DNA of 64,000 nucleotides from NCBI GenBank assembly GCA_963815215.1, contig CAWFFU010000011.1, positions 256,001-320,000 on the forward strand, written 5' to 3'. The stretch comes from an uncultured Trueperaceae bacterium. Lineage in GTDB: Bacteria; Deinococcota; Deinococci; Deinococcales; Trueperaceae. The notes under the pieces are model-generated. The model saw only the letters and a program-made list of their open reading frames with translations. It made no database searches and was not told where the DNA came from. The translations under genes were made by a program, and so were the position numbers. How positions within the stretch are numbered: the first letter of the stretch is position 1; each line of letters opens with the position of its first letter. Positions 1 to 11,829 of this stretch are shown piece by piece.

Positions 1-317
1 TCCCGCGCGAGCACCGCGGCGGTGGCGTGCGGAACGGCGTAATGCGCGTGGATGACGTCGATGCCGACCTCCTCGATGACCTCCGCCAGCTTCGATGCTT
101 CGGCCAGCGTCGTCAGCGGCGCGTCGAACAGCGGGTAGGTCATCGCCTCGACCTGATGGAAGAAGACGTTGGGCAGCGAGGGCTCGGTGAGCCGGAACGG
201 GAGGCGGTCGGCCACGAAGTGGACCGCGTCGCCGGAGCGAGCGAAGCTGAGCCCGAGCTCGGTGGCGGCCACGCCACTGCCCCCCGCCCCGCTGTGGAGC
301 AAGACCGCGATGTTCAC
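1..317 (-). CDS. bshA: N-acetyl-alpha-D-glucosaminyl L-malate synthase BshA-like GT4 glycosyltransferase (runs off the window edge)
   Basis: Manual translation from GTG 317: MNIAVLLHSGAGGSGVAATELG...HFVADRLPFRL...YPLFDAP...IHAHYAVPHA, matching BshA motifs GGSG..ATELG and H.HYA.PHA. Not in the ORF track. Confidence 0.8.
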   Translation of the reverse strand, partial: MNIAVLLHSGAGGSGVAATELGLSFARSGDAVHFVADRLPFRLTEPSLPNVFFHQVEAMTYPLFDAPLTTLAEASKLAEVIEEVGIDVIHAHYAVPHATAAVLAR

Positions 318-468
318 GTAGGGACCGCGCCGAGTACCGGGGGATCGAGGATGTCGCGCACGCCGCAGTCTATGGGGGGCGCTCGTCCCGGAGCCGTGTT
401 CGAGGCTACCCCGGTGACGGCGCGTAGGCCGGCGCTGGCGCTCAGCCGCCCGTGGGGCCCCGTGGCGT

Positions 469-1098
469 TCAGCCCACGGTCCCCCACAGCCCGGCCAGGT
501 ACATCTCCTGGGTGATCACGCCGTGCACCGTCTCGTCCTCGCTCACCACCACCACCAGCTGTTCATGGGCCAGCACGCTCCGTAGCTCGGTGACCGCCAC
601 CCCCGCGGGGACCTTGACGAGCTCCTCCCAGGAGGTGATGCTGTCGCGCCGCAGCCCGGTGACGCCCACCGGGACGCCCGCCTGCTTCACGATGACGACC
701 CGGTTCTCGGCGAGGGTGTGGACGACCTCGCCGGCATCCACCTGAGGCACGCGCCCGGCCGCGCGACCCGCCGTCGGCGGCACCAGCACCCCGAAGCTCA
801 GCAGCGTCGGGCTGGGCAGGTGCAGCGCCGAGCGCGCGTACACCAGCGCGCCGCTGTACGCCAGCACGAACACGATGCCTTCCGCCAGACCGGCGGCGTT
901 GAAGCTGGCGAAGCCGAGCCTACCGGCCCGCCCCAACAACAGGAACACCAGGAACGAGATCAGCAGCGCGAAACCGAACGACGCCACCCCGCCCCAGAAG
1001 GCGGCGCTGCGGAGTTGACCCGGCCGCCTCATGCGCGGCTCCGGGACGCGGCCGCGGCGCTCACGCGTCCGCTCCCGGGAGGCCCGGACGTCGCTCAT
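469..1098 (-). CDS. Membrane protein with C-terminal CBS-like domain
   Basis: Two hydrophobic N-terminal helices, then CBS-like segments (VIVKQAGVPVGV; VVVSEDETVHGVIT). Confidence 0.6.
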   Translation of the reverse strand: MSDVRASRERTRERRGRVPEPRMRRPGQLRSAAFWGGVASFGFALLISFLVFLLLGRAGRLGFASFNAAGLAEGIVFVLAYSGALVYARSALHLPSPTLLSFGVLVPPTAGRAAGRVPQVDAGEVVHTLAENRVVIVKQAGVPVGVTGLRRDSITSWEELVKVPAGVAVTELRSVLAHEQLVVVVSEDETVHGVITQEMYLAGLWGTVG

Positions 1099-1846
1099 CG
1101 AGGGCCCCCGGCAGATGTCGCGGCCGGTCGACGTCCGCGGCCAGGGTGGCGTCCTCGGTCACCAACGCGCACGCACGGATCCCGGAGATCCGCTGAAGGC
1201 GCCGCTCGAGCTGTCCGATGCCGACTCGCCCGACGAGCAACGCCAGGAGCACGTCGAACCCGAACAACCCCGCCAGCGCCAGCGGGTTCTTGCGCGCCCG
1301 GAAGGCGGCGTCGATCACGGGCAGCAGCTTCGGCACCGCCGACGGCGTGATCAGCACCGCGTTCCCACCCGTCAACCGGCCCTCCCGGAGGCGGACGTAG
1401 GTGCGTCGCTGATGCGGGAACTGCGCGGTCGAGGAGGCTTCGGTCACCGCGGGGTACACCAGCTCCGCGTCGGGCTCGGCGTCGATGAACGCCGCCAGGC
1501 CCTCCGGCGTCACCCACGGGATGTCGGCGGTGAGCACCAGTAGACGCGCCTCGGGAGCGTGCGCCAGCGCCGCTCCCATTCCGAGCGCCAGCGAATCGAC
1601 CAGGCGCCGGCCCGACGGCACGTTCACGTCGTACAGTCCCCGCAAGCGGACGTTCACCGGGCCGACGTACACGATGCGTCCCACCGGGGCACAGCCGCGC
1701 AGCGCCTCCAGCACGTAGGCGCCCATCGGCTTGCCGCCCAGGGGCACCAGCGCCTTGGCCTCCACGCCGGCGTCCCGGGCGAGCCGGTCGCCGGCTTCGC
1801 CGCCCGCCAGGACGACGGCCGTGATGGCGGTTCTGGACGGCCTCAT
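1061..1846 (-). CDS. MobA-like nucleotidyltransferase family protein
   Basis: AVVLAGG...KALVPLGGKPM, TADIP and C-terminal DVDRP motifs; TACAAT 6 nt upstream of the ATG. Confidence 0.8.
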   Translation of the reverse strand: MRPSRTAITAVVLAGGEAGDRLARDAGVEAKALVPLGGKPMGAYVLEALRGCAPVGRIVYVGPVNVRLRGLYDVNVPSGRRLVDSLALGMGAALAHAPEARLLVLTADIPWVTPEGLAAFIDAEPDAELVYPAVTEASSTAQFPHQRRTYVRLREGRLTGGNAVLITPSAVPKLLPVIDAAFRARKNPLALAGLFGFDVLLALLVGRVGIGQLERRLQRISGIRACALVTEDATLAADVDRPRHLPGALDERRPGLPGADA

Positions 1847-1976
1847 GCGTCGATTGTAGCGCGCTCGTGGGTCCGTCCGGTGGGCGTGCAGCGACGCCTG
1901 GGCGGGACCGGATCGGTCCCGCCCAGGCGTGGGTTCGCAGGTGGAGGAGCCGCACCGTGGTCGGCTGCCGCCCCGT

Positions 1977-3203
1977 TCAGAGGTGAGACTGGCTGGCCGA
2001 GAGCTGCGCGGTGCGGCCGGACACGATGCTGAAGCCGCTGACGTAGGTGCGGAAGCCGGGGGCCACCAGCGTCAACTCGTGCTGCCCGGGATCCAGGTTC
2101 GGTACCGAGAGCCGACCGCTGCCGCTGGGGATGGTCCCGGCCTGCTGCCCGTCGATGAACACCAGCGCTCCGCCCACATTGGCCTGGATGACCAGCGTCC
2201 CAGAGGCGCGCTGCAGGCCGGTGGAGACCTGGCGATCCTCGCCGGGCGACAGCGCGAAGTTCACGCTCGCCTCCTGGTAGCCGGGCAGGGTGAAGCGGGC
2301 GGTGTGGCTGCCGGCATCGACGCTCATGCGGCCGGTGGGAGTCGTCCCGACGTAGTTGCCGTCGAGGTAGATCTGCGCGCCGCGCGGGGAGCTGTCGAAC
2401 GACACCGTGCCGGTCCGTTGGATGGGCTGGAGTTGCGCACTGACCGACTGCGTTCCACCGGGCCCGAGGTTCACGCTGGTCTGGAACGCCTCGTAGCCGT
2501 CCTTGGTGATCCTGATGTCGTGGCGGCCGGGGTGGGTGCCGAAGTCCGTCGGCGTGTAGCCCACGAAGTCACCGTCGACGAAGGCCTCCGCCTGGCGGGG
2601 GTTCGAGTCGATGCGCAGGTTCCCGAACGCGGGCTGCTGCGGCTCGTTGCCGACGTTGTAGAGGACGGTGCTGGTGACCCAGTCCTGTTGCGGGACCGGC
2701 TTGACGACGATGGCGAAGCCGTGGACGAAGCCGTCCTGACCACCCGTACCGCTGGCGAAGGTATCGCCCGACTTGAACTGCGCGATCTGACCAGTGTCCA
2801 GCTGCCGTTTGCTGGCGACCGCGATGACCTTCGAGAGCCCGCGGGGCGGCGCGATGGTGAAGCTGTAGCGCGCGTTCGCGGGCGGGAACGTGCGGGACTC
2901 CCCGGCCTTCATCAAGTTGCTCTGCCCGGCCGGGTCGTACCGATTGGGCAGGATCTGCGTGATCTCGCCGTCGGGCTTGACGCTGAACAGGTAGACGTAG
3001 GCCGTCTGGCTCACCCGCACCGAGATCTGGACGCTCTCGCCCATCTGGTAGACGGGGCGGGAACCGGACTTGTTGAGCGACACCGTGACGGTGAAGTTGG
3101 GAGCCGGGTTGGGGTTGACGACGATCGCCTCGGGGCTGATGACGATCCTCTGTGCAAAGGCCAGCGGCAGAGCGAGAGCGAGAAGGGCAAGGAACTTTCT
3201 CAT
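1977..3203 (-). CDS. Secreted DUF4384 + PEGA-repeat envelope (S-layer-associated) protein
   Basis: Signal peptide MRKFLALLALALPLAFA; YVYLFSVKPDGEITQILPN; three PEGA-type repeats (DSNPRQAEAFVDGDFVGYTP, DSSPRGAQIYLDGNYVGTTP); SD AAGGAGG. Confidence 0.8.
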   Translation of the reverse strand: MRKFLALLALALPLAFAQRIVISPEAIVVNPNPAPNFTVTVSLNKSGSRPVYQMGESVQISVRVSQTAYVYLFSVKPDGEITQILPNRYDPAGQSNLMKAGESRTFPPANARYSFTIAPPRGLSKVIAVASKRQLDTGQIAQFKSGDTFASGTGGQDGFVHGFAIVVKPVPQQDWVTSTVLYNVGNEPQQPAFGNLRIDSNPRQAEAFVDGDFVGYTPTDFGTHPGRHDIRITKDGYEAFQTSVNLGPGGTQSVSAQLQPIQRTGTVSFDSSPRGAQIYLDGNYVGTTPTGRMSVDAGSHTARFTLPGYQEASVNFALSPGEDRQVSTGLQRASGTLVIQANVGGALVFIDGQQAGTIPSGSGRLSVPNLDPGQHELTLVAPGFRTYVSGFSIVSGRTAQLSASQSHL

Positions 3204-3455
3204 GGCCGGCCTCCTTTCCTAAGACCGAGGCTAGCACGCACCCCGACGAGCACGTGATGATGGGCTTGAACCGCCCTTCATGGAGGTTCCTTCATGTACC
3301 ATGGGCACCATACACACGCCGGGATGCGCCGCTGGGACGCTGTTCCCACCCGCCATCACCGGCCGGCGCGGCGCGGCGCCGCAACAGAAGCGGGTCGGGG
3401 GGGCCCCGCTCTCACGGTTCTAGGCCGGCAGCCACCCATACTCCAGGAGATGACC

Positions 3456-4166
3456 ATGCCCCGACCCCTCCTCCGCCGTCTGGCCCTCCTCGGCGCCCTG
3501 CTCGTGGCGGCGACGGCGAACGCTCAGCAACCGGACGTCTCCAGCCTGCTCGACAACATCAAGAACGCGGCGAACGCCATCCAGGACGCCACCTTCACCG
3601 TCACCGGCAAGCTCGTGGACGCTGACGGCACGGTGATCCCGCTGGACGTCGACATCCAGACCATCCCCCCGCAACACCTCGCCAGCGCCTACATCAATCA
3701 ACCCGACGCGCTGGCCGACAACCAGATCGTCCTCGACGGCAACGTGGTCAAGAACTACACCTTCCTGACCAACCAGATCACGCTGTTCGACGCCAACGAC
3801 CCCGACGCACTGGGCGGCCTGCTACCGGCGAGCCCTACCGGCCAGGGCGCTCCCCAGATCTCGTTCGACCTCGGCGCGATCTTCGCCGGCTACGACGCCA
3901 GCATCAAGGACGTGAAGCAGACGGGCGGAACCACGACCTACGTACTCGACTTCACCAACAAGGATCCCAAGGCGAGCATCCTCAACGTCGAGGCGACGGT
4001 GCCGTCCAGCGACTGGCTGCCCCGCCGGCTGGTCTTCCTGCAGAAGGGGGACCGCGTCGTCGCCGATCTCAACGTGACGAACCTGAAGCTGGACCAGGGT
4101 CTCGACCCGAAGAAGGTCGCCTACCTGCCCAAGGACGCCGAGGTCATCGACAACCGCAAGAAGTGA
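3456..4166 (+). CDS. LolA-like outer-membrane lipoprotein carrier/sorting protein
   Basis: AGGAG at 3445-3449 supports ATG 3456; signal peptide; LolA-like pattern (PDALADNQIVLDG; C-terminal NLKLDQGL...LPKDAEVID). Confidence 0.65.
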   Translation: MPRPLLRRLALLGALLVAATANAQQPDVSSLLDNIKNAANAIQDATFTVTGKLVDADGTVIPLDVDIQTIPPQHLASAYINQPDALADNQIVLDGNVVKNYTFLTNQITLFDANDPDALGGLLPASPTGQGAPQISFDLGAIFAGYDASIKDVKQTGGTTTYVLDFTNKDPKASILNVEATVPSSDWLPRRLVFLQKGDRVVADLNVTNLKLDQGLDPKKVAYLPKDAEVIDNRKK

Positions 4167-4206
4167 GCCGCGCGCCGCTCCGCCCTGCCGCGACGGCCCG
4201 TGACGA

Positions 4207-4247
4207 GGGCGCCCGCGTCCCCACGCTCGAGGGAGACGCGGGCGCCC
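4207..4247. terminator. GC-rich hairpin between convergent genes
   Basis: GGGCGCCCGCGTC ... GACGCGGGCGCCC inverted repeat between the lolA-like and fumC stops. Confidence 0.5.
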
Positions 4248-4253
4248 GACGCC

Positions 4254-5648
<1,395 letters not shown>

Positions 5649-5739
5649 GGTTCCTCCACAGCGGCGGCGTCGGCCGCCTGACGCGTTCATGCTAACGCCG
5701 GCCACCGCCGCGCCGCGCCTGTGTCAGGCCGCGTCCGGG

Positions 5740-6714
5740 TCAGGGCCGGAGCGCGAAGCGCAGCGCGTCCGCCAGGCCGTTGCGCCAGTTGGTCCAGTTG
5801 TGGCCCGCATGGCTCTCGACGTAGCGGTGCTCGACGGCGTGCCCCTGCAACGCCCGGGCCGTGCGCCGGTTGACGTCGGTGAGCCACTCCAGCGTGCCGC
5901 ATGCGGCGTACCAGCGCAGCCCGGCCGCGCCGCGCTCCTCGAGCGTCTGCGCCACCCAGCTGCGCTCGCTGCGGTAGAAGTCGCGGTCGTCGGGGTGCCC
6001 GAGGAAGGCGCCGGAGAACGTCACCACGCCGCTGACCAGGTCCGGGCGCTCGAGCGCCAGGGTGGCGCTGAACAGGCCACCGAGGCTGGCGCCGAGCGCC
6101 ACCAGCTCCCCGCTGGAGGGGTAGCGACCGGTCAGCTCCTGGTACAGCTCGCGCTCGACGAAGCGGCGATAGCCCGGATGGAAGGCGTACTCGCGCGAGC
6201 GCTCCACCGGCTCCACGAAGGCGATCCGCGCGGGCCGCGCTTCGCCGGCGGCAACGAGTGCGGCCAGCACGTCTGCCAGACGGGCCAGCCGGTAGAAGGC
6301 CACGCCGTCTTGAACCAGCAGCCAGGGCAGCGTGGCCTCCTCGAAGCCCGCCGGGGTGGCGACGATGACCCGACGCTGCTGATGGAGCTCGGCACTGGTC
6401 ACGCGCAGCCGGTCCACCGTCGGCGCCGGCGCGGGCTCGGGCGGATCGGCCAGTGGGTCGGCGCGGTAGTCCGGACCGGTCAGCGCGCTGAGCTCCCGAT
6501 ACCAGGGGTTCTCCGCCCGGCGCGGATTCGCCGGGTCGGCCCGCATCCTCCCTTCGCCGTCGAGGAAGCCATACTCGAAGTAGACGTCGTCCGGTAGCTC
6601 GAACGCGAGCGACGACGACCCCACCGGGTCCACCGGCCGCGGCGAGCGGTCCATGTCGGTCAGGTCGGAGGCGAGACGTCTCGCCCACTCGGGAACGTCG
6701 AGGGAGACCTGCAT
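5740..6714 (-). CDS. Enterochelin-esterase-like alpha/beta hydrolase
   Basis: GASLGG nucleophile elbow, LLVQDG, GHNWTNW; TACACT 7 nt upstream of ATG 6714. Confidence 0.8.
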   Translation of the reverse strand: MQVSLDVPEWARRLASDLTDMDRSPRPVDPVGSSSLAFELPDDVYFEYGFLDGEGRMRADPANPRRAENPWYRELSALTGPDYRADPLADPPEPAPAPTVDRLRVTSAELHQQRRVIVATPAGFEEATLPWLLVQDGVAFYRLARLADVLAALVAAGEARPARIAFVEPVERSREYAFHPGYRRFVERELYQELTGRYPSSGELVALGASLGGLFSATLALERPDLVSGVVTFSGAFLGHPDDRDFYRSERSWVAQTLEERGAAGLRWYAACGTLEWLTDVNRRTARALQGHAVEHRYVESHAGHNWTNWRNGLADALRFALRP

Positions 6715-6803
6715 GCCGTCGAGTGTACCCGCACTGCGCAGGCCGTGCCCTACCAGCACGCGCCCGTTCGGAGAGCGTCGAGAGCCTTGGTAGACTCGGC
6801 GCC

Positions 6804-7973
6804 ATGGCCGAACACCCTTACGACACCCTGTCACTGGACACGCTCCGGCACCGAGCCAACGCCAAGTGGACGCACTTCGAGCCCGACGTCCTGCCGCTGT
6901 GGGTGGCCGAGATGGACTTCCCCGTCGCCGACGCCGTGAAGGACGCCATCGCGGCCCAGATCCGCGACAACCTCGGCTACGGCCTCGGGCAGGGTCTGCC
7001 CGGACTGGTCGAGGCCCTGCGGGAGCGCCTCGACACGCGCTACGGGCTACGTCCCGAGGCCGACGACGTGACCTTGCTCGGGAGCACCGTGCAGGGGCTC
7101 TACCTCGCCTCGCTGGCGTTCGCCGGCCCCGGCGACGAAGCGCTCCTGCTGACGCCCCTGTACCCCCCCTTCCGCGCCGCCCTGGAGAACACCGGCCGGG
7201 TGCCCGTGGAGGTGCCGATGATCGACGCCCCCGACGGCTACGCCATCGACTTCGACGCCCTGGAGGCCGCCGTCACGCCGGCCACCCGCCTGCTCATGCT
7301 GTGCAACCCGCACAACCCCGTGGGGCGTGTGTTCCGCCTGGACGAGCTCGAGCGCCTGGCCGAGCTGGCCTTGAAGCACAACCTGTGGGTGATCTCCGAC
7401 GAGCTCCACGCCGACCTCGTCTTCACCGGGACGCACCGTCCGATCGCTGCGCTCGGAGCGGAGATCGCTCGGCGTACCCTCACGCTCTACGGCCCGACCA
7501 AGGCCTTCAACATCCCGGGCCTCAAGATCAGCTTCGCCTATAGCGCCAACCACGCCATGCTGGAGCGCCTCGCCCACCACGCGCGCGGCGTGGCGCCGGG
7601 TCCCAACGTGCTGGCGCAGGCGGCGACGCTCGGGGCCTACAACGACGCGGGCGGCTGGTTCGATACCACCCTGGCGTACCTGCGGGCCAACCGCGATCAC
7701 GTGGCCCGGCGGGTGGCCGCCGATGTGCCCGGAGTACGCATGCACGCGCCGGAGGGAACCTACCTGGCATGGCTCGACTTCCGGGACGCCGGGTTGGGTG
7801 ACGATCCGGCCGCGGTGCTGCGAGAGGAGGCCGCCGTGGGGCTCAACAGCGGCCACGCCTTCGGCCTGGGAGGCGCGGGATTCGCACGGTTGAACTTCGC
7901 CACCAGCCGCGCCATCGTCGATGAGGGACTGGACCGCATCGCAGCGCGCGTCGCATCCGGAGTCGGCGCCTGA
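6804..7973 (+). CDS. MalY/PatB family PLP-dependent C-S lyase
   Basis: LPLWVAEMDF, LCNPHNPVG, SDELHADL, TKAFNIPGL, EGTYLAWLDF; TAGACT 7 nt upstream of ATG 6804. Confidence 0.92.
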   Translation: MAEHPYDTLSLDTLRHRANAKWTHFEPDVLPLWVAEMDFPVADAVKDAIAAQIRDNLGYGLGQGLPGLVEALRERLDTRYGLRPEADDVTLLGSTVQGLYLASLAFAGPGDEALLLTPLYPPFRAALENTGRVPVEVPMIDAPDGYAIDFDALEAAVTPATRLLMLCNPHNPVGRVFRLDELERLAELALKHNLWVISDELHADLVFTGTHRPIAALGAEIARRTLTLYGPTKAFNIPGLKISFAYSANHAMLERLAHHARGVAPGPNVLAQAATLGAYNDAGGWFDTTLAYLRANRDHVARRVAADVPGVRMHAPEGTYLAWLDFRDAGLGDDPAAVLREEAAVGLNSGHAFGLGGAGFARLNFATSRAIVDEGLDRIAARVASGVGA

Positions 7974-7981
7974 GCCGCCGC

Positions 7982-8674
7982 GTGCCGGGTGCGCCGCCGG
8001 CCCGCTTCTACCCGGCCGAGCTCGAACGCTGCCGCTCATGCCCTCGCCTGGCCGACTGGCGGGAGGAGGTCGGCCGGGTGAAGCGCCGCGCCTACCTCGA
8101 CCAGACCTACTGGGCGCGGCCGGTACCGGGCTTCGGCGATCCCGAGGCCACCATCGTGCTGTTGGGGCTGGCGCCTGGCGCCCACGGCTCCAACCGGACC
8201 GGCCGCATGTTCACCGGCGACGCCAGCGGCGGCTTCCTCTACCCGGCGCTACACCGGGCGGGGCTCGCCTCACAGCCCGGTGGCACCACCGCCGACGACG
8301 GCCTGACCCTTCGCGGCGTGTGGATCACGGCCGCGTTGCGCTGTGTGCCTCCGGGGAACAAACCGCGCCGCGACGAGCTGGAGAGCTGCCGCCGCTGGTT
8401 GCGCCACGACCTGGTCGGCCTGCCACGGCTGCGCGTGGTGGTGGCGCTGGGGCGCATCGCCCACGACAGTTACCTCGACCTCCTGCGCGCCGACGGCACC
8501 GCCGTCGTCAAGGCGCGCTACCCGTTCGCTCACGGCGCCGAGCATCGCCTGGGTGGGGGGCCGGTGCTGCTCGACACCTATCACGTGAGCTTCCAGAACA
8601 CCAACACCGGCCGCCTCACCGCCGCCATGTTCGACGCGGTGCTGGCGCGCGCCGGGACGCTCGGCGCACGGTGA
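7982..8674 (+). CDS. udgB: Family 5 uracil-DNA glycosylase (UdgB-like, Fe-S)
   Basis: CxxCPRL, PVPGFGD, GLAPGAHGSNRTGRMFTGD, RCVPPGNKP, YHVSFQNTNTGRLT. Confidence 0.88.
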   Translation: MPGAPPARFYPAELERCRSCPRLADWREEVGRVKRRAYLDQTYWARPVPGFGDPEATIVLLGLAPGAHGSNRTGRMFTGDASGGFLYPALHRAGLASQPGGTTADDGLTLRGVWITAALRCVPPGNKPRRDELESCRRWLRHDLVGLPRLRVVVALGRIAHDSYLDLLRADGTAVVKARYPFAHGAEHRLGGGPVLLDTYHVSFQNTNTGRLTAAMFDAVLARAGTLGAR

Positions 8675-8708
8675 GAGCCGCGACCTGCGTTCGCGTTAGA
8701 GTCACGGC

Positions 8709-9863
8709 ATGACCCTGGCGACACTCAACCTGGGCCCCACCCTGGAATCGGCTCTGGTATCGGGCCACCCCTGGATCTACCGCAACCACCTGCCGCACCA
8801 CCGCCTTACGACCGGGCAGTGGGTGCGCCTCGAAGCGGGGCGCGCCGTGGCGCACGGCCTCTACGACGGACACGGCGCCATCGCCGTTCGCCTGTTCAGT
8901 CGGGAGTCGGTGCCCGATGACGCCCTGCTCAAGCGGCGCGTGCGGGAAGCGCTGGAGCTACGCCGTTCCCTCTCGCAGCGCGCCGACACCGACGCCTACC
9001 GTCTGCTGTACGGCGAGGGGGACTTCCTGCCGGCGATCGTGGCCGACCGCTACGGGCGCTTCGCAGTGATCAAGGCCTACGCCTCCAGCGTGCGGGCCCT
9101 ACTGCCCGTCGTGGCGCGCGAGCTCGGCACCGCGCTGGGCCTCAAGGGCGTGGTGCAACGGATCGAAGGCGATGAGCTCGAGGCGCTGTGGGGCCAGCTC
9201 CCGCCGCCCGAGGAGAGCGTGCTGGAGAACGGCCTGCGCTTCCACGCCGATCTCCGGCGCGGCCAGAAGACCGGCCTGTTCCTCGATCAGCGGGACAACC
9301 GCATGCTGGTGCGCGAGCTCGCCGCGGGACGCCGGGTGCTCAACCTGTTCAGTTACACCGGCGCGTTCAGCGTCTACGCTCTCGCGGGCGGCGCCGAGCT
9401 GGCGGTGAGCGTGGATGTGGCCGAAGGAGCGGTGCACGAGGCCGAGCGCGCCGTCGAGCGTAACGGATTGCCGGTCGAGCGCCACCGAGCCGTCGCCGCC
9501 GACGTGTTCACGTTCCTGCCCCAGGCCGCCGAGCGCGGCGACCGCTACGACCTGGTCGTCCTCGATCCGCCCGCGCTGGCGCGCAACGCCGAGCAGCGTC
9601 GCCGTGCGCAACGCGCCTACCTGAAGTTGAACCGGGCGGCGTTCCGAGCCGTCGAGCCGGGCGGCTACCTTGCGACTGCTTCCTGCACCTCGCAGATCTC
9701 CCCCGAGGCGTTCCAGCGGCTGGTCGCCGAGGCGGCCCGCGCCGCGGGGGTGCGGGCCCAACTCATCGCCGAGCGCGGTCAGCCGCTCGACCACCCTGTT
9801 CCTGCCAGCTTCCCGGAGGGGCGCTACCTCAAGTTCCTGGCGTATCGCGTGCTGCCGGAATGA
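8709..9863 (+). CDS. RlmI/RlmK-like SAM-dependent rRNA methyltransferase
   Basis: GHPWIY PUA-type start, GQKTGLFLDQRDNR, VLNLFSYTG, DLVVLDPP, DHP...FPEGRYLK. Confidence 0.9.
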   Translation: MTLATLNLGPTLESALVSGHPWIYRNHLPHHRLTTGQWVRLEAGRAVAHGLYDGHGAIAVRLFSRESVPDDALLKRRVREALELRRSLSQRADTDAYRLLYGEGDFLPAIVADRYGRFAVIKAYASSVRALLPVVARELGTALGLKGVVQRIEGDELEALWGQLPPPEESVLENGLRFHADLRRGQKTGLFLDQRDNRMLVRELAAGRRVLNLFSYTGAFSVYALAGGAELAVSVDVAEGAVHEAERAVERNGLPVERHRAVAADVFTFLPQAAERGDRYDLVVLDPPALARNAEQRRRAQRAYLKLNRAAFRAVEPGGYLATASCTSQISPEAFQRLVAEAARAAGVRAQLIAERGQPLDHPVPASFPEGRYLKFLAYRVLPE

Positions 9864-9894
9864 GCGCGCCCGCGGCGAGCGTCCGGGCCGCGGC

Positions 9895-10749
9895 TCACGA
9901 CGAGGCCGGCGGCAGCCGTTCGTTCAGCCACGCCAGCAGGTCGGCTGTTACGGTGGCGCGATCGAGATCGTTGAACAGCTCGTGGTACCCGCCCGGGTAG
10001 GACGTCAGGGTGACGTCGCGGCCGCCGATCCGCGCGGCCAGCTCGCGGCTGGCCTGGGGGTCGTTGAGGCCGTCGGCGGCACCGTGCACGATCAGGGTCG
10101 GGACCTCGAGCTCGGGCGCGCGTTCCAGTAGCGGTGGCCCCGAGCGCACCAGCTCGTGCCCCATGCGGGCCTTGATCCAACCGGTGTAGGTCAGGGGATC
10201 GTTCCGGTAGGCGGCCACCTCGGCGGGATCGCGCGAGAGCACGGCGGCGTCGAGGCGCTGGACGGGGAGCTGCGGCACCAGACGTGCCAGCAGCGCCGCC
10301 ATCGGCTTCATCCACCCCGGTGGGGGAACGGTAGGTCTCAGGAAGGGCGCGCTCAGCACCAGCAGGCTCACCCGCTCGGGGTGGTCCAGGGCGAAGCGAA
10401 GCGCGATGGTGCCCCCCACGCTGTGCCCCAGCACCACGCACGGTAGTTCCGGCTGCTCGGCCCGGACGAGGTCGCTCAGGCGCGCCAGGTCGTCGACGTA
10501 GTCCGCGAAGTGCGCCACGTCCGCACGCCGGCCCGGGCTGCGCCCGTGGCCGCGCAGGTCGGGAGCCCACACTTCGAGTCCCTCGGCGCTCAAGGCGCCG
10601 GCCAGCGCGAGGTAGCGACCCGCATGCTCGGCGTAACCGTGCACCAGCAGACAGGTGGCACGTGGCGATTCGGCCCGCCAGCGGTGGACGACCAGCTCCA
10701 GCCCGTCGCGTGTGGGTAGCGAACCGCGTTCCGGGGGCACCGGGCTCAC
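9895..10749 (-). CDS. Lysophospholipase/monoglyceride lipase family hydrolase
   Basis: HGYAEHAGRY, DLRGHGRS, GHSVGG, YHELFND. Confidence 0.9.
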   Translation of the reverse strand: MSPVPPERGSLPTRDGLELVVHRWRAESPRATCLLVHGYAEHAGRYLALAGALSAEGLEVWAPDLRGHGRSPGRRADVAHFADYVDDLARLSDLVRAEQPELPCVVLGHSVGGTIALRFALDHPERVSLLVLSAPFLRPTVPPPGWMKPMAALLARLVPQLPVQRLDAAVLSRDPAEVAAYRNDPLTYTGWIKARMGHELVRSGPPLLERAPELEVPTLIVHGAADGLNDPQASRELAARIGGRDVTLTSYPGGYHELFNDLDRATVTADLLAWLNERLPPASS

Positions 10750-11003
10750 GCCTCCTCGAGCGTGACCTCGACGTCCTCCATGACAGGGTTGGACAGCACC
10801 TTCTCGGCGATCTCACCGAGCTGACGCTCGACTTGCGCGCGCTCGCCCTCGAGCACCAGCTCGATGCGCTTGCCGACGCGCACCCCCGAGATGTTGTCGT
10901 TGCCCAGGCGGTGGAGCGTCGCTTCCACGGCACGCCCCTGCGGATCGAGGATCGAGCGCTTGAGCAGAACATCCACGACGGCGCGGTAGCGGGGCACGCT
11001 CAC
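10746..11003 (-). CDS. purS: Phosphoribosylformylglycinamidine synthase subunit PurS
   Basis: [10 protein letters not shown]...VRVGKRIEL...LSNPVME; GTG 11003 overlaps the purC stop (GTG 10997 also possible). Confidence 0.93.
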   Translation of the reverse strand: MSVPRYRAVVDVLLKRSILDPQGRAVEATLHRLGNDNISGVRVGKRIELVLEGERAQVERQLGEIAEKVLSNPVMEDVEVTLEEA

Positions 11004-11758
11004 TCCCCGGCGCCTTCGGTGACGATGGGGCGCGGCTCGCCGCCCTCCACCACCCGGTGGAAGATCTCCTGGTATGCGTCCTCGACAGCGCCGAGGTCGC
11101 GTCGGAAACGGTCCTTGTCGAGCCTTTCCCCGCTCGCCAGGTCCCACAGACGGCAGGTGTCCGGGCTGATCTCGTCGGCCAGCACCAGGTCGCCGTCGGC
11201 GGTGCGACCGAACTCGAGCTTGAAGTCCACCAACTCGATCCCGCGCTCCTCGAAGTACGGGATCAGCATGTCGTTCACGGTCGACGCCATCTCGAACAGC
11301 GCCTCCAGGTCCTCGGGCGTGGCGAGCTCCAGCGCCACCGCGGTGGCGTCATTGAGGGGCGGATCGCCCAGCTCGTCGTTCTTGTAGCACCACTCGATCA
11401 CGATGGGATCGAGGTCGAGGCCCTCGTCCACGCCGTAGCGTTTGGCGAAGGAGCCGGCTGCCCGGTTGCGCACGATCACCTCGATGGGGATGATCTCGAC
11501 AGCCTTGACGAGCTGCTCGCGCTCCGAGAGACGGGAGAGGAAGTGCGTCGGCACGCCCTGCTCAGCCAGGAACTCGAACAGCACCCCCGACACGGCGTTG
11601 TTCACCACCCCCTTGCCGCGGATGGTGCCGCGCTTCAGGGCGTTGAACGCCGTGGCGTCGTCCTTGTACTCGACGATGTAGAGCTGCTCATCGTCGGTGT
11701 CGAACACCTTCTTGGCCTTGCCTTCGTAGCGCATCGCGCCTTTTCCGGGAGCGGTCAC
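11000..11758 (-). CDS. purC: SAICAR synthetase
   Basis: [49 protein letters not shown] 6 nt upstream of GTG 11758. Confidence 0.96.
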   Translation of the reverse strand: MTAPGKGAMRYEGKAKKVFDTDDEQLYIVEYKDDATAFNALKRGTIRGKGVVNNAVSGVLFEFLAEQGVPTHFLSRLSEREQLVKAVEIIPIEVIVRNRAAGSFAKRYGVDEGLDLDPIVIEWCYKNDELGDPPLNDATAVALELATPEDLEALFEMASTVNDMLIPYFEERGIELVDFKLEFGRTADGDLVLADEISPDTCRLWDLASGERLDKDRFRRDLGAVEDAYQEIFHRVVEGGEPRPIVTEGAGE

Positions 11759-11829
11759 GCCCGGATGATAGCAGGTCGCGGCGGACCGCCGAACGTGCTG
11801 CAGACGGGCGCCGGCCCCGTCATGGAGCG

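Noticed and set aside
3250..3310. CTTCAT/TGAA repeats between the divergent PEGA and lolA-like genes as a regulator site
   Set aside because: Too short and irregular to support without comparative data.
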